A stretch of 64,000 nt of DNA from Deltaproteobacteria bacterium (GTDB taxonomy: Bacteria > Myxococcota_A > Polyangia > Fen-1088), in contig JANRKS010000020.1 in assembly GCA_033763315.1 (NCBI GenBank), forward strand, positions 54,489-118,488, in the 5' to 3' direction. The notes under the pieces are model-generated. The model had not been told where the DNA came from and ran no database searches. It saw nothing but the letters and a program-made list of their open reading frames with translations. Both the position numbers and the translations under genes were made by a program. Positions 36,555-47,352 of the stretch are shown here, one piece after another (the first letter of the stretch is position 1; every line of letters starts with the position of its first letter).

Positions 36555-38014
36555 CCGTGCAGGGCGAGGGCAACGCCAATGGCGACAGCATGGGGATGAC
36601 CCGCGAGCCTACCGTGAATGTTCATGTGGCCGAGGCGGGCCAAATGGACGAGCCGCGCTTCTTAGAACACCTGGCGCGGGTGGGTGCTTTGGTCAAAGGC
36701 GACCATCTGCCCGAAGCCGAGCTTGAAGCCTTACGAGCGCTGCAGCTGCGGCCTACCGATATGCGTGGGCTCAAGCTGTTGGGCCTGGTGCGGTTCAAAC
36801 GCGGTCGCTACGCGGAGGCCCGCGAGGTTTACGAAGCCTTGGCGCGCGCCACCCCCGATGATCTAGGCGTGCGAATGTCGTTGGGCCTTATCGCGCTCAA
36901 GATGGACTGGGCCGATGAAGCGGTGGCGGAGCTTGAGATGGCGTCCCGCTCGCCTGCCGCCCCCGCCAAAGTGTGGACGTACTTGGGTTATGCGTACGCG
37001 CGGCTGGGGAAGAACGCGCGTGCCGCCGAGGCGTTTCGTCGGGTGGGGCAGGACGCATTGGCGGCAGAGGCTGAATCGGGAGAACTCGCGGGCAAAGGCT
37101 TGCCAGACGACTCGGACGTGCGCCGGGTGAGCGCGCCCAAGGAAGCGCCCGCACCCGCTGTGGAAGCGCCCGCCGCGCAGGAACCTTCGGCGGGCTGGTC
37201 CCGCGGCAAGAGCGGATTTTTCTCACCCGATCCGAAGGAGCTGACCGGAGAGCCCAGCCAGCCGGTGACGGCCGAACTGGAAGTGGAAGGCTTCGCGCCC
37301 GCCTCGGACGACATCGCCAGCGAAACGGGCGAGCACCAAGGCACCACGCTGACCAATTTCGTGCTGGGGCGTTTGTTGGACGTGCCCGTCACGGACGAGT
37401 TCACGTCGCCGTTTGCTTCGCTGGTGGGAGAGGTGCTGCGGTTCTCTGTGAACGGCCAGGCGTGCGTGCGTGCACCGGCGCTCCTGGCGGCCACCGGGGC
37501 GTTGCAAGTGACCACCGCGCAACGCCGGTCGAGGGGTCGCACGGAGGACGTCCCGCTTGGCGATGCCGCGGGCGATTTTGTGATCTACGACGGCCGCGGC
37601 GAGTTGTGGTTGGCGCCCTCGGGCACGCAGACGCGGCTTTTGGCCCTGACTTTGGAAGACGACATCCTGTTTATGCGGCAGTCGCGCGTGGTGGCGTTTG
37701 ACCAGGACGTTGTCTGGGAGGCCGGCCGGCTGCCGGGCGACGCCCTGCCGCTGTTGCAGCTGCGCGGCACGGGGCGAGCCATTTTAGACATCGGCGAGGA
37801 GCGCTTTCGGGCGTTCAACGTGCCCCAGAACCGGCCACTGTGGGTGGAACGAGACCGTTTGCTGGGTTGGGTGGGGCGTGTTGTTGCGCAGGCCGTCAGA
37901 CCCGCTGGCGCTTTGGGACGCCGGCGCGGATGTTTGGTCGCCTGCGAGGGTGAAGGGGTGCTATTGGTGAGTACGCATGGGCTCCTTGACCAGCCAACTG
38001 ACGAACGCCCCTAA
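36551..38014 (+). CDS. TPR + AIM24-like domain protein
   Basis: N-terminal TPRs (LLGLVRFKRGRY.EA; LGYAYARLG); C-terminal GRGELWLA / LRGTG / CEGEGVLL. Confidence 0.7.
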   Translation: MTVQGEGNANGDSMGMTREPTVNVHVAEAGQMDEPRFLEHLARVGALVKGDHLPEAELEALRALQLRPTDMRGLKLLGLVRFKRGRYAEAREVYEALARATPDDLGVRMSLGLIALKMDWADEAVAELEMASRSPAAPAKVWTYLGYAYARLGKNARAAEAFRRVGQDALAAEAESGELAGKGLPDDSDVRRVSAPKEAPAPAVEAPAAQEPSAGWSRGKSGFFSPDPKELTGEPSQPVTAELEVEGFAPASDDIASETGEHQGTTLTNFVLGRLLDVPVTDEFTSPFASLVGEVLRFSVNGQACVRAPALLAATGALQVTTAQRRSRGRTEDVPLGDAAGDFVIYDGRGELWLAPSGTQTRLLALTLEDDILFMRQSRVVAFDQDVVWEAGRLPGDALPLLQLRGTGRAILDIGEERFRAFNVPQNRPLWVERDRLLGWVGRVVAQAVRPAGALGRRRGCLVACEGEGVLLVSTHGLLDQPTDERP

Positions 38015-38588
38015 CCTTGTGACCATGGGGCGGGTGGCGCTGATTCCCGCGGTGCTGCTGTTTCTCGACAACTTCAGCCCTCTGCGCAGCTTCATCGCCG
38101 CCATCTTGTATTTGCTCGCGGCGGCGGGTGACGGCTTGGATGGCTACCTCGCGCGCAGCCGCGGCCAGGTGAGCGTGTTGGGCAAATTCCTTGATCCGTT
38201 GGCCGATAAGCTGATGGTCACCGCGACCCTGGTTTACCTCGTGGCGATGGGGCGCGTGCCTGCGTGGGTGGTGGTGTTGTTGATTGCGCGCGACGTGGCC
38301 ATCACGGGTTTGCGCAGCATCGCTTCGGCCGAAGGTTTGGTGATCGCGGCCAGCGAGGGCGGCAAGATCAAAACGGCGTTGCAGTTCGCTGGCACCGTCA
38401 TGTTGATGATCCACTTTCGCTATCCGATGCTGGGCCTCAACATTCCTCCGATCGATTTTCACGCGGCAGGCGTTGTGATCCTCTACATGTCGTTGGCGAT
38501 GTCGTTGCTGTCGGCGGCCGAATACATCCGCTTCTTCTTTCGCGCCGTGGCCGTGCACGATCGCGGCATGGCACCTCCGGCGTCGTGA
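37977..38588 (+). CDS. pgsA: CDP-diacylglycerol--glycerol-3-phosphate 3-phosphatidyltransferase
   Basis: PNLVT.GR, DGLDGYLAR...GKFLDPLADK, GKIKT. Confidence 0.93.
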   Translation: MGSLTSQLTNAPNLVTMGRVALIPAVLLFLDNFSPLRSFIAAILYLLAAAGDGLDGYLARSRGQVSVLGKFLDPLADKLMVTATLVYLVAMGRVPAWVVVLLIARDVAITGLRSIASAEGLVIAASEGGKIKTALQFAGTVMLMIHFRYPMLGLNIPPIDFHAAGVVILYMSLAMSLLSAAEYIRFFFRAVAVHDRGMAPPAS

Positions 38589-39880
38589 TCGTTCTTGCTG
38601 GGCCCGCGCTCACCGCTGTTGAGGCGGCCGAAAGGCTGGCCACGTTCGGTGGTGTGTCATGGGTGAAGAGTCCCGGCGTTGAAGGTGAGCGAAGCTTCGT
38701 GGCGTGCGCGCCTGTTCAAGTGGTGTCAGCCGCACAACCCGAAGCGTTGCAGATCGCGTGGCTTGAGCATCGGAAGCGCTGGGCCCCTGCGCCCCCTCGC
38801 TGCCCGTTGGCTGTAGGGTTTTTCACGTACGAGTACGGCAAGGCATTGGTGGGTGGCGCGTACGCGGCGCAGGTGCCGAGCGGCTGGTCGGCGATGGAGT
38901 TTCGTTTCTACGACGCCATGTTTGAAATCAGCGACACCACGCGTGTTCTGGCTGTGGATGAAGCGGCCGCCCAGCGTTTGTTGCAGCGCTTGCGGCACGA
39001 ACCAGCGGAGCCCGACGACTCGCTGTTGGGCAGCTTGAGCGCCGCTGAACCCGACGACCTGTTCTTGGAAGGTGTGGCGCGCGTGCAAGAATACCTGCGT
39101 GCCGGTGACACGTATCAAGTCAACTTGGCGCGGCGTTTGGTGGCGCCACTTGCGAACCAAGGCGCGCTTACTGGCCTGAGCCTCTCGGCACAGCTTGAGC
39201 AGCATACACCAGCTCCGTTTGGCATTTGGTACGGTCCGGCGGCTGAAGGCGTTGCGCGCGCTTTGGTGGGCAACTCTCCTGAATGTTTCATTCGCATCAC
39301 CGTTGATGGCGTGATCGAGACGTCCCCCATCAAAGGCACGCGGCCTCGCGTGCACGAACATTCACTCGATGATAACCGTGTGGTGCAGGAGCTTGCCACA
39401 TCACAAAAAGACCGAGCGGAACACGACATGATCGTGGATCTCGAACGCAACGATCTCGGCCGCATTTGCACCACCGGAAGCGTGCGTGTGGTGGAGCACG
39501 CTCGCGTGATGCACTTGCCCACCGTGCATCATCTGGTTTCAACAGTGCGAGGGCAGCTAGTGCAGCCGCGGCCCAGCCTGCGCGAGATCCTGGCGGCCAC
39601 GTTCCCCGGCGGTTCGATCACAGGCGCACCGAAACGTCGAGCGATGGAGATCATCGCGGAGCTTGAGAGCCACGAGCGCGGCCCTTACACCGGCGCCACG
39701 GGGTGGTTGGGCGCGGCGGGCGATATTGAAATGGCGATCGCCATTCGCACGGCGGCGTTGTCAAACGATCGGCTGGTGTTGTGGGTGGGCGGCGGCATCG
39801 TTGTGGATTCTGATGCCGAAGCTGAGCTCGCCGAGACGAACGCGAAAGCCCAAGCGTTCACGCGGCTGTGGGCCGTGTAA
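38585..39880 (+). CDS. Aminodeoxychorismate synthase component I / anthranilate synthase I family
   Basis: GDTYQVN, SPE, PIKGT, MIVDLERNDL, FPGGSITGAPK, IAIRT; GTGA overlap with pgsA. Confidence 0.9.
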   Translation: MIVLAGPALTAVEAAERLATFGGVSWVKSPGVEGERSFVACAPVQVVSAAQPEALQIAWLEHRKRWAPAPPRCPLAVGFFTYEYGKALVGGAYAAQVPSGWSAMEFRFYDAMFEISDTTRVLAVDEAAAQRLLQRLRHEPAEPDDSLLGSLSAAEPDDLFLEGVARVQEYLRAGDTYQVNLARRLVAPLANQGALTGLSLSAQLEQHTPAPFGIWYGPAAEGVARALVGNSPECFIRITVDGVIETSPIKGTRPRVHEHSLDDNRVVQELATSQKDRAEHDMIVDLERNDLGRICTTGSVRVVEHARVMHLPTVHHLVSTVRGQLVQPRPSLREILAATFPGGSITGAPKRRAMEIIAELESHERGPYTGATGWLGAAGDIEMAIAIRTAALSNDRLVLWVGGGIVVDSDAEAELAETNAKAQAFTRLWAV

Positions 39881-39960
39881 ACAAAGGCACTCTCGACGCT
39901 TTAATTCGCATGCCACGCCTGTGGGGGGTGATCTACGGAAAGCCGCTTGTAAGGCCTTCG

Positions 39961-42900
39961 TCACCAACACATAGTCTGCACATCTAGTTCATAAGGGCAC
40001 GGGCCTCCTTGGGTGCCGCATGAACTTGGACACGTTTGCAGCGTCTCGATGGAACTCTGTGTGCCGTCGGCGTTGTAGTAATTCACAACGCGGCAGTCGT
40101 TGGAGGGAACGCAGCCTGTAAGCGGCGTCAGTTGATAGCGTTTGAGGCAAACGTACCGGAGGGTGTCGGGCTCACCGGTGACTATCGATGTACCTTCCCA
40201 GTTTCCCATGGCGTTTCGGCGCAGAGTCCACACGTATCGCTTGCCCAAATCAACCGGGTTGGGATACTTCGGCGCAACGCACTCGTTAAGCGAAAGTGTC
40301 TCACCCGCCAACGACCAGGCGCCCTGAACGAAGCTGTACATCACGCCGCCCGCCGAGGTGCATTTGCGGCTGTTGTTGGCCGGGTACACCATCGCGCCGT
40401 TGGGATAGAGCGCTATCCGAAGCGCGGCGCGAAACTCGCCATCACAAGGGTTTATCGCGGTGGTGGAAGTGGCGGAGTAGCTCCAAACGCCCACCGGGCC
40501 TTCGTCGCCCACCGAGAACAGTTTGCCATTGGATGTTTCTTCGTTGCCAGCGGCACCGCGCTGAACCGATACAAGCCAGGTTGCGATGGCCGGGTCGAGC
40601 GTAGGCACAACCACGGTTAGCTGCGTGTCGGAAGCGACGTTTACGGTGGTTGCGAACACCGCCTTCGCGACGCTTGGCGAGACGCCCGCTTGCATGAACA
40701 GCACTTTAACCGGGGTCCCCGGGCGGCCTTGAAAGCCCTTCCCTGTGAGGGTCAACGTATCGCTTACCTTGCCTGTGGCAGGCGTCAACGCATCGACCAC
40801 GAAACCTGACATCACTCGAATCGTCTCCGCGGCTGCAACGATGTCAGTGCCGACCTTCACGCTGACCTTGATGGGACCTGCCGCTCGCTTCGCATAGCTG
40901 CCTGGCATCGTGACCAGGATGCGACGTCCGTCTGAGGCAATGAACATCTTGTCCACATCGTGCAAAAGTTCAAGACGGCCTGCACCACCGATGTCCTGAT
41001 CTTCAAGCACCACAGAAGGAATCGCGAACACGCCGCCTACGGTCCTTGGGTAAAGGAAATGCCCTTTGAGCTCAAGTTCGTTCGCCACATCCTGCTTAGC
41101 AACGAGGGGAGGCAAAAGGCGCGTGATCGACATTTTGAATATGACGTCAAAGGTAAGCCGCGAAGGAAGGCTCGCAAGATCGATGAAGGCTTTCAAAGAT
41201 CCGACAACTGCCGTTCCAATGCTAAATGCCTCAAGCGCCGAGTTGATCCCTGGCACCACCTTCTTTGCGAGGTTTGCCGCGAACGATGCAACCACCGACG
41301 CCGTCGCGCTGCCGATGACACGCGTCGCAAGCGCCTTGAGAAATGGCCCCTGATCTTCAAGCTCGCGCTTGAGCGCTGACAGCATGATGGCCGACGCCAC
41401 CTTGGCGCCCTGGTCGAGGTAGGCCTGGTACGCGTCCGAAAGCGCGGGAAACATGTGCGTCACCAACAACTGCGCAAGGAGCTTATCGGGCACCACTTTG
41501 CCGACAGCTTCCTTGATGGGCGGGTAAAGAACCTTATCCAGAACCGTGCGAAGGAACACCAACATGTGCGCGCGCTTTTCGGCCTGTGTCAGCGCCGAAC
41601 CGCCGATCCAACCGCCGGTTAAAACGTGAACGCGGGCGTTGCGAAAGCCAGGGCCAGGAAGGTTGCGTGATTTCGCAGCAAACACGCCATCCAGATCCAC
41701 AACCCCCTGTGCACCGATCACGTCAGGCCCGAACATATTGCTGATGTGTGGAGCGATCCGACGCTTGCTCTCCAGATCGATGACTTCAGCGCTTAGAAAG
41801 CTCGATGTGTCGTTGTTCACGCCAACATTACCGTCCGTCCCAGTGCTAAACACCGTCACGTCGTTTCTTGTGGGGGGCTCGATGAGCGGGCCCTCGTTGC
41901 TGGCGTCCGCCCTCACAGGTGCAGGCGCCGGCACGGCGAACGTGCCTTGGGCAATACCGTCTGCGATGGCTTTGCCGGCGGCGGCCACGGCGGCCGCCAG
42001 CAGTGGTTTAAGCGACGTGGCCAGTTGCGCTGCGGGACCATCGGTCGCAGAGGCGAGCGCTTGGGCCTGTGGGATCGCGCCGGCCAGAGCTACGACTTCA
42101 GGCAGCGCAGCCACGCGTGTTCGCGCGGGCTGCCACGAAGAGCGCGCGAGCGTACGCGGCAAATCCATCGCTAGCAGTGACCAGGCGATGGCCGTGGAAA
42201 GGGGGCCGATAACAACCTCGGTGTCTGATGGCAGTGTGTATGCCATCGCAACCGTCGTCGGCACGCCCGCACGCATGCCGTCCACTGTGACGAGCTCGGG
42301 GCGAACCGCATTCGTTGATGCTGTGGCGATCGAACCTTGTGCAGCCGTGGGCGTCAGCCCTGCGTGAATTGTGAATGGTCCCACCACGCCCGCGGGCGTC
42401 AGGGCCACATCGTCGATGCCCACCGCAAGTGGATGTCGAATGGCGAGGGGCACGGTGTTCGATCCACCGCTTGGAGTGATTGCCTTAGCGCCTTCGCCCG
42501 CATCGATAGGCACCACGACGCTCACCGTGTTTGCGGTTGCCGTAACCACGGGCGACATCACTGTGCCCAGCACCACTTGTGTCGCTCCAGCCAGATCCAC
42601 GCCGGGCACCGTCAACATGGTTCCGGGCGTCGCAAGCAGGCCGCCCGGCGGCGGGGTCAGGATGGGTGCGCCCGCAGGCAGAAGCTCAAGCGGCAACGCC
42701 AGTGACCGACGCCCGTCTACCTGAAGGAACAGTTCGGTGTAGCCTCCGGGGGGCAAAACGAAAGTCGCGCTATCGGCCGCGACAGCCGTTGGTTGCAGGT
42801 TCACGGGCGGCTCGGCCACCCTTACGCCCACCAGCCACGCGGCACAGCCAAGCCCAGCGCCCGACACTGTGATGGTGTCACCGGGCCGAGCGGCGAAGCT

Positions 42901-43365
42901 TTGTGCAACGCCTGATGAGGTCACCACGATGTCCGCCAAGCCAACGGCCTCCGCGCCGCCAAGCGGGATGTCGGCTGCGATCAAGCGCTGCGAATCGAAC
43001 ACGTCTAAAAGGGCGTCGCCGTCGTCGTCCACATCCTCGAAATCGGCTACGCCATCGTGATCCGTATCGAGCGGCATCACTGCCAGCGGTCCCCATTCGT
43101 CACGGTCAACAAGCCCGTTGTCATCCGTATCTTTCGCTGCCAACGAGGCAGGCCCTTTGCCCGGCGCGCCTGTCGCGACCACGCGGAGCAACGGCGCGCA
43201 AGGCCCTGCAGCAGCCGGCGCATCGGAGGCGCCATCCCCATCAAACCCCGGCGACCCATCGATAACACCCGACGGGGTCTTGTTTTTGTCACACGCCCAC
43301 GCACTGAAGAGGGGCACTAGCAGGATCAGCACTCGGGCGAACCGGGCGAGCAGCATGAGGCCCAT
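39961..43365 (-). CDS. Large lipoprotein with Ca-binding DxDxDG repeats and IPT/TIG-like domains
   Basis: Lipobox AWAC; DTDDNG / DTDHDG / DDDGD; 'P..G..xD.LTLTG.GF' and 'SDTQLTVVVP'. Confidence 0.7.
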   Translation of the reverse strand: MGLMLLARFARVLILLVPLFSAWACDKNKTPSGVIDGSPGFDGDGASDAPAAAGPCAPLLRVVATGAPGKGPASLAAKDTDDNGLVDRDEWGPLAVMPLDTDHDGVADFEDVDDDGDALLDVFDSQRLIAADIPLGGAEAVGLADIVVTSSGVAQSFAARPGDTITVSGAGLGCAAWLVGVRVAEPPVNLQPTAVAADSATFVLPPGGYTELFLQVDGRRSLALPLELLPAGAPILTPPPGGLLATPGTMLTVPGVDLAGATQVVLGTVMSPVVTATANTVSVVVPIDAGEGAKAITPSGGSNTVPLAIRHPLAVGIDDVALTPAGVVGPFTIHAGLTPTAAQGSIATASTNAVRPELVTVDGMRAGVPTTVAMAYTLPSDTEVVIGPLSTAIAWSLLAMDLPRTLARSSWQPARTRVAALPEVVALAGAIPQAQALASATDGPAAQLATSLKPLLAAAVAAAGKAIADGIAQGTFAVPAPAPVRADASNEGPLIEPPTRNDVTVFSTGTDGNVGVNNDTSSFLSAEVIDLESKRRIAPHISNMFGPDVIGAQGVVDLDGVFAAKSRNLPGPGFRNARVHVLTGGWIGGSALTQAEKRAHMLVFLRTVLDKVLYPPIKEAVGKVVPDKLLAQLLVTHMFPALSDAYQAYLDQGAKVASAIMLSALKRELEDQGPFLKALATRVIGSATASVVASFAANLAKKVVPGINSALEAFSIGTAVVGSLKAFIDLASLPSRLTFDVIFKMSITRLLPPLVAKQDVANELELKGHFLYPRTVGGVFAIPSVVLEDQDIGGAGRLELLHDVDKMFIASDGRRILVTMPGSYAKRAAGPIKVSVKVGTDIVAAAETIRVMSGFVVDALTPATGKVSDTLTLTGKGFQGRPGTPVKVLFMQAGVSPSVAKAVFATTVNVASDTQLTVVVPTLDPAIATWLVSVQRGAAGNEETSNGKLFSVGDEGPVGVWSYSATSTTAINPCDGEFRAALRIALYPNGAMVYPANNSRKCTSAGGVMYSFVQGAWSLAGETLSLNECVAPKYPNPVDLGKRYVWTLRRNAMGNWEGTSIVTGEPDTLRYVCLKRYQLTPLTGCVPSNDCRVVNYYNADGTQSSIETLQTCPSSCGTQGGPCPYELDVQTMCW

Positions 43366-43394
43366 AATCGTCCAGAGGCGGGGCTGGGCGCAAT

Positions 43395-45065
43395 GTGCGC
43401 CAGTGGCGACCTTCGCGAAGTCGAACCATGTTCGGCCGACGTTCTGCGCCCGCGCTGCGTTGTTTCTCCGCCACTTTGCGTACGAAGTGGAACAGGCCCT
43501 TGACCAGCGGGATCGCGTCTCGCAGCCTGTGCACTGTGCATGTAAATTCGATAACAGAATATCTATGCAGAAGTCGCTCGTGGCGACGGTCGATAGCGCT
43601 GGCCACAGCGGTGGTGCTCGCCGCGAGTGCGCTGGGGTCAGGTTCGCGCGCGCAGGCCGCATCGGCCGCGACGTCAGGCCCGATCGCGATCCATCCCGAT
43701 AACCCGCGCTACTTCCTTTGGCGGGGCAAACCCACGGTGTTGGTGGGTTCGGGTGAACACTATGGATCGGTCATCAATCCCGATTTTGATTACAAACGGT
43801 TTTTGGCCACTGTGAAGCAGGTGGGGCTGAACGAGACGCGGTTGTTTTTGGGAGATTACGTTGAGTGGCCTGGGGCGTTTGCGATAGCCGACAATCCGTT
43901 GTCACCGGCAGAGGGGCGGTTCCTTGCCCCGTGGGCGCGCAGCAAGACGCCCGGTTTCGCTCGTGGCGGCAACAAGTTCGATCTCGACCGATGGGATCCG
44001 GCCTACTTCGCGCGGCTTCATGCGTTTTTGGACGAAGCCGATCGGCAGGGCGTGGTGGTGGAAGCCGTGATGTTCTTTGTGGGGCCGGGATGGAGCCACA
44101 TGCCCATGAACCCCAAGAACAACATCAACAACACCACCGACGCGGGCGCCAAAGGATACCTCACGCTCAACAATGGCAATTTGCTGGCGCGACAAGAGGC
44201 CTACGCGCGCAAACTGGTGCGTGAGCTCAACCGGCATGACAACGTCATTTTGGACCTGTGCAATGAACCTTGGTTCGACAACCAAGAACACCCAGGGTTC
44301 GCCTCGCAGCCAACAGACGCAACAAAGCAGTGGATACGTCGCGTGTCCGAATGGGTGCGCGACGAAGAAAGCCGTCTGCCCAAGAAACACCTAACCAGCG
44401 TCGATATATCGAACCAAGGCACACCGATCTCCCAAGCAGATCTGGTCCGCTTCTTTCCTTATGTCTCTGGATTCAACGTTCACTACGACGGCAACGCCGC
44501 CTCGTTGGAGATGAATCCGTTCGTGCCGCGATACTTCGGTTTCAATGAGACTGGCTTCAACGGCACAGGCGATGACAATTATCGTGTGCAAGGCTGGCAA
44601 TATCTCTTGTCCGGCGGGGCGCTTTATTCGCACCTCGACTACAGCTTCACCGTGGGCCACGAAGACGGCAGCGCAACGCCTCGGTTCACCGCGGGCTGGT
44701 ACAACGGCGGCGGCAGCGCGGCCCTTCGCAAGCAACTGCGCGTGCTTTTAGATTTCATGAACAGCGTTCCGTTCGCGCATATGCATCGGGACGACACCAT
44801 TGTGGTGGGCGGCGCGGATCGATGGACGGTCTTGGCAGATCCAGGTGTGGCCTACGCATTTTGGTTCCCAGGCGAAGGCGAAGTGACGCCTTTCATCACG
44901 CTGCCAAACGGAACGTACCGCGCCGAATGGGTTGACATTCTAAGCGGAGCTGTAACGGCTGAGGAAGTGAAGAGCACGGGGTTCTTGCTGAACCTGCGCG
45001 GCCAGCGACACGGCGGTGGCGTGGCTCTTCGCATCGTATCGGTCACGGACAAGCCGAAGCACTAA
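43395..45065 (+). CDS. Secreted clan GH-A glycoside hydrolase-like protein with C-terminal beta domain
   Basis: HPDNPRYF..RGKP, LCNEP (acid/base), FNETG (nucleophile); true start probably near 43540-43600. Confidence 0.72.
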   Translation: MRQWRPSRSRTMFGRRSAPALRCFSATLRTKWNRPLTSGIASRSLCTVHVNSITEYLCRSRSWRRSIALATAVVLAASALGSGSRAQAASAATSGPIAIHPDNPRYFLWRGKPTVLVGSGEHYGSVINPDFDYKRFLATVKQVGLNETRLFLGDYVEWPGAFAIADNPLSPAEGRFLAPWARSKTPGFARGGNKFDLDRWDPAYFARLHAFLDEADRQGVVVEAVMFFVGPGWSHMPMNPKNNINNTTDAGAKGYLTLNNGNLLARQEAYARKLVRELNRHDNVILDLCNEPWFDNQEHPGFASQPTDATKQWIRRVSEWVRDEESRLPKKHLTSVDISNQGTPISQADLVRFFPYVSGFNVHYDGNAASLEMNPFVPRYFGFNETGFNGTGDDNYRVQGWQYLLSGGALYSHLDYSFTVGHEDGSATPRFTAGWYNGGGSAALRKQLRVLLDFMNSVPFAHMHRDDTIVVGGADRWTVLADPGVAYAFWFPGEGEVTPFITLPNGTYRAEWVDILSGAVTAEEVKSTGFLLNLRGQRHGGGVALRIVSVTDKPKH

Positions 45066-45078
45066 AGGAAGGATCGTT

Positions 45079-46107
45079 ATGAAAGTTCTCATTGTCGGGG
45101 GCACGGGCCTCATCAGCACCGCCATCACAAACACGCTGCAACAGCGAGGCATCGAAGTAACGCATTTTAACCGGGGAAAGAGCCAGGTACGTGTGCCAGC
45201 CGGTATGCCGCGTCCGCAAGTCATCGTCGGTGACCGTAAGGATTTTCCGGCATTCGAGCGGCAGATGGCGCAGGCCGGGCGCTTTGACGCTGTCATTGAC
45301 ATGGTGGCCTACCTGCCTGAAGAGGTCGAAAGTGCGGTGCGCGCGTTTCGCGGCCGAGTGGGCCAATACATCTTCTGCAGCACAGTCGATGCATACGTGA
45401 AGCCCTATGTTCGCTTCCCGATCACTGAGAACCACCCGATCGGTGGGCTAACGGCGTACGGCAAAGCGAAGGCCCGGTGCGAAGACGTGTTGATGGCCGC
45501 GCACACCCGTGAATTCCCCGTCACGATCATTCGTCCCGCGATGACGTTCGGCGAGGGAGGTCACATGATCGACCTGTTTGTGTGGAACAGCCGGTTCCTT
45601 GATCGCATCGCGCGCGGTATGCCGATCATCTCGCATGGTGATGGTCAGTCGCTATGGGGCGCGCTCTATATCAATGACATTGCCGGGCCGTTTGCGAACG
45701 CCGTGGGGAACTATAAGGCGTTTGGCCGGGCGTACCACGTCACAGCCGATGAAGTTCAAACATGGGATCAGTATTTTGCGGGCTGCGCGCAAGCGATTGG
45801 TGTGCCGGTTCCTGAGTTGGTTCACATTCCAACCTCGCTGCTTGTTCGCGCTCTACCAAAGGCGGCGCGTGAATGCGCCGAGAATTTTCAGTTCGACAAC
45901 GTCTTTGACAACAGTGCGGCTAAAGAAGATTTGGGATTCCGTCAAACCGTGAGTTTTGTGGAGGCCGTTCGCCGAACGTACCAATGGTTGGTGGAAAACA
46001 AGAAGTTGCAGCGGAATGAAGAGAATCCGCTCTACGACGAGATCCTGGCGGCGTGGCGCCCCTTGGCGGACCAGTTCACGCACAGCCTTTCTGGCAACGA
46101 CGCCTAA
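45079..46107 (+). CDS. NAD-dependent epimerase/dehydratase family protein
   Basis: MKVLIVGGTGLIS, YIFCST, YGKAK; GGAAGGA RBS. Confidence 0.9.
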   Translation: MKVLIVGGTGLISTAITNTLQQRGIEVTHFNRGKSQVRVPAGMPRPQVIVGDRKDFPAFERQMAQAGRFDAVIDMVAYLPEEVESAVRAFRGRVGQYIFCSTVDAYVKPYVRFPITENHPIGGLTAYGKAKARCEDVLMAAHTREFPVTIIRPAMTFGEGGHMIDLFVWNSRFLDRIARGMPIISHGDGQSLWGALYINDIAGPFANAVGNYKAFGRAYHVTADEVQTWDQYFAGCAQAIGVPVPELVHIPTSLLVRALPKAARECAENFQFDNVFDNSAAKEDLGFRQTVSFVEAVRRTYQWLVENKKLQRNEENPLYDEILAAWRPLADQFTHSLSGNDA

Positions 46108-46134
46108 CGAATTTCAGGGGACAAGGACCAAGTC

Positions 46135-47325
46135 ATGACCACAGCCTCTTTGCGCGCACCGGCCTACGCCCTTCGCAACACCACCGCCATCACGTACGCG
46201 TGCTACGCATCGATGCTGTTTTTGGGCGTGGGCTTCGCCATCATAGGGGCAGCCGCCAGCACGATTGGCTTGAGCGCCGCCCAGATCGGCACCTTGATTG
46301 CGGTCCAGCAAGCAGGCTTTGCGGTGGCCATTTTTGCGTCGGGCTTCCTGGGCGAGGTCATCGGCCGGCCGCGCGTGATTCTGTGCGGGTGCATCGTTAT
46401 AGCGGCATCATTCTTAGGTTTTTATCGGACGCCGTCCTTGCTGATAAACGCGTTGATGATGTTTGGCGTGGGGTTGGGCATGGGTGCATTTGAGGGCAGC
46501 ACTGATGCCTTGCTATTGGAAATGCATCAGAAAAACCAAACAAGGTACATCAACATCAATCACTTCTTCGTGACCATTGGTGCCATGGCCATTACGTTCT
46601 ACCTGTCTCGCTTGGACGCGCTTGACTGGCGGAGCAGTGTCACTCAAACCGGACTTGTGGCGCTGGCCATCGGCGTGGTGTTTGCCTTTGCACATGTTCA
46701 CAAGACCGCGGGTGACGGCGGCGGTCGCCCCTTGGGCGGGATCAAGATCCAGAACAAACGTCTTGTCGTACTTCTATTTTTGTTCGGCGTCCTATCGGTG
46801 GGCATTGAGCTGGGGGCCTACGGCTTCCTGCCGGCATTCCTCGTGGATCATCGCGCGTTCGCTGCGGCCACGGCGAAGCTTGTGCTGTTGCTGTTCTTCG
46901 CAGGTGTGGCCGCGGGAAGGCTTGCCATTGGGCTGTTCGCGGCCAATCGTTGGCTGCGCTTGTATTTGCTCGCCTTCTTGGCCTCCGCAACCATCGCCTT
47001 CACCACACTCTTCTTTGTGCCCACCGCACACGCGCTAACTGCGGTGTTGGTGTTTGTGGCCGGCGTGACAATCTCGGCCCCGTTTCCTTTGATGATCGCC
47101 TTCGCAGGTCTCACATGGAAGGAACACGCGGGTCCGGTGATTTCGGTGTTGAAACTTTCGATTCCCGCGGGCGGCATGTTGCTACCGTTCGCGGTCGGTG
47201 CGGCGGCCCGCGAACGCGGCTTGTTGTTGGGGTTGGCCGTGCTGCCTATCGCAGCGTTGGCAGCCACCCTGATTGCTGTGATTTGCAAACCGCAGCAATC
47301 AGGGGTCTCACGCGCATCTGGGTAG
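46135..47325 (+). CDS. MFS transporter (fucose-permease-like)
   Basis: About 12 hydrophobic segments; GFLGEVIGRPR motif-A variant; AAGRL. Confidence 0.85.
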   Translation: MTTASLRAPAYALRNTTAITYACYASMLFLGVGFAIIGAAASTIGLSAAQIGTLIAVQQAGFAVAIFASGFLGEVIGRPRVILCGCIVIAASFLGFYRTPSLLINALMMFGVGLGMGAFEGSTDALLLEMHQKNQTRYININHFFVTIGAMAITFYLSRLDALDWRSSVTQTGLVALAIGVVFAFAHVHKTAGDGGGRPLGGIKIQNKRLVVLLFLFGVLSVGIELGAYGFLPAFLVDHRAFAAATAKLVLLLFFAGVAAGRLAIGLFAANRWLRLYLLAFLASATIAFTTLFFVPTAHALTAVLVFVAGVTISAPFPLMIAFAGLTWKEHAGPVISVLKLSIPAGGMLLPFAVGAAARERGLLLGLAVLPIAALAATLIAVICKPQQSGVSRASG

Positions 47326-47352
47326 AGGGCAGCGGGGCTGTGGACGCGGGGC

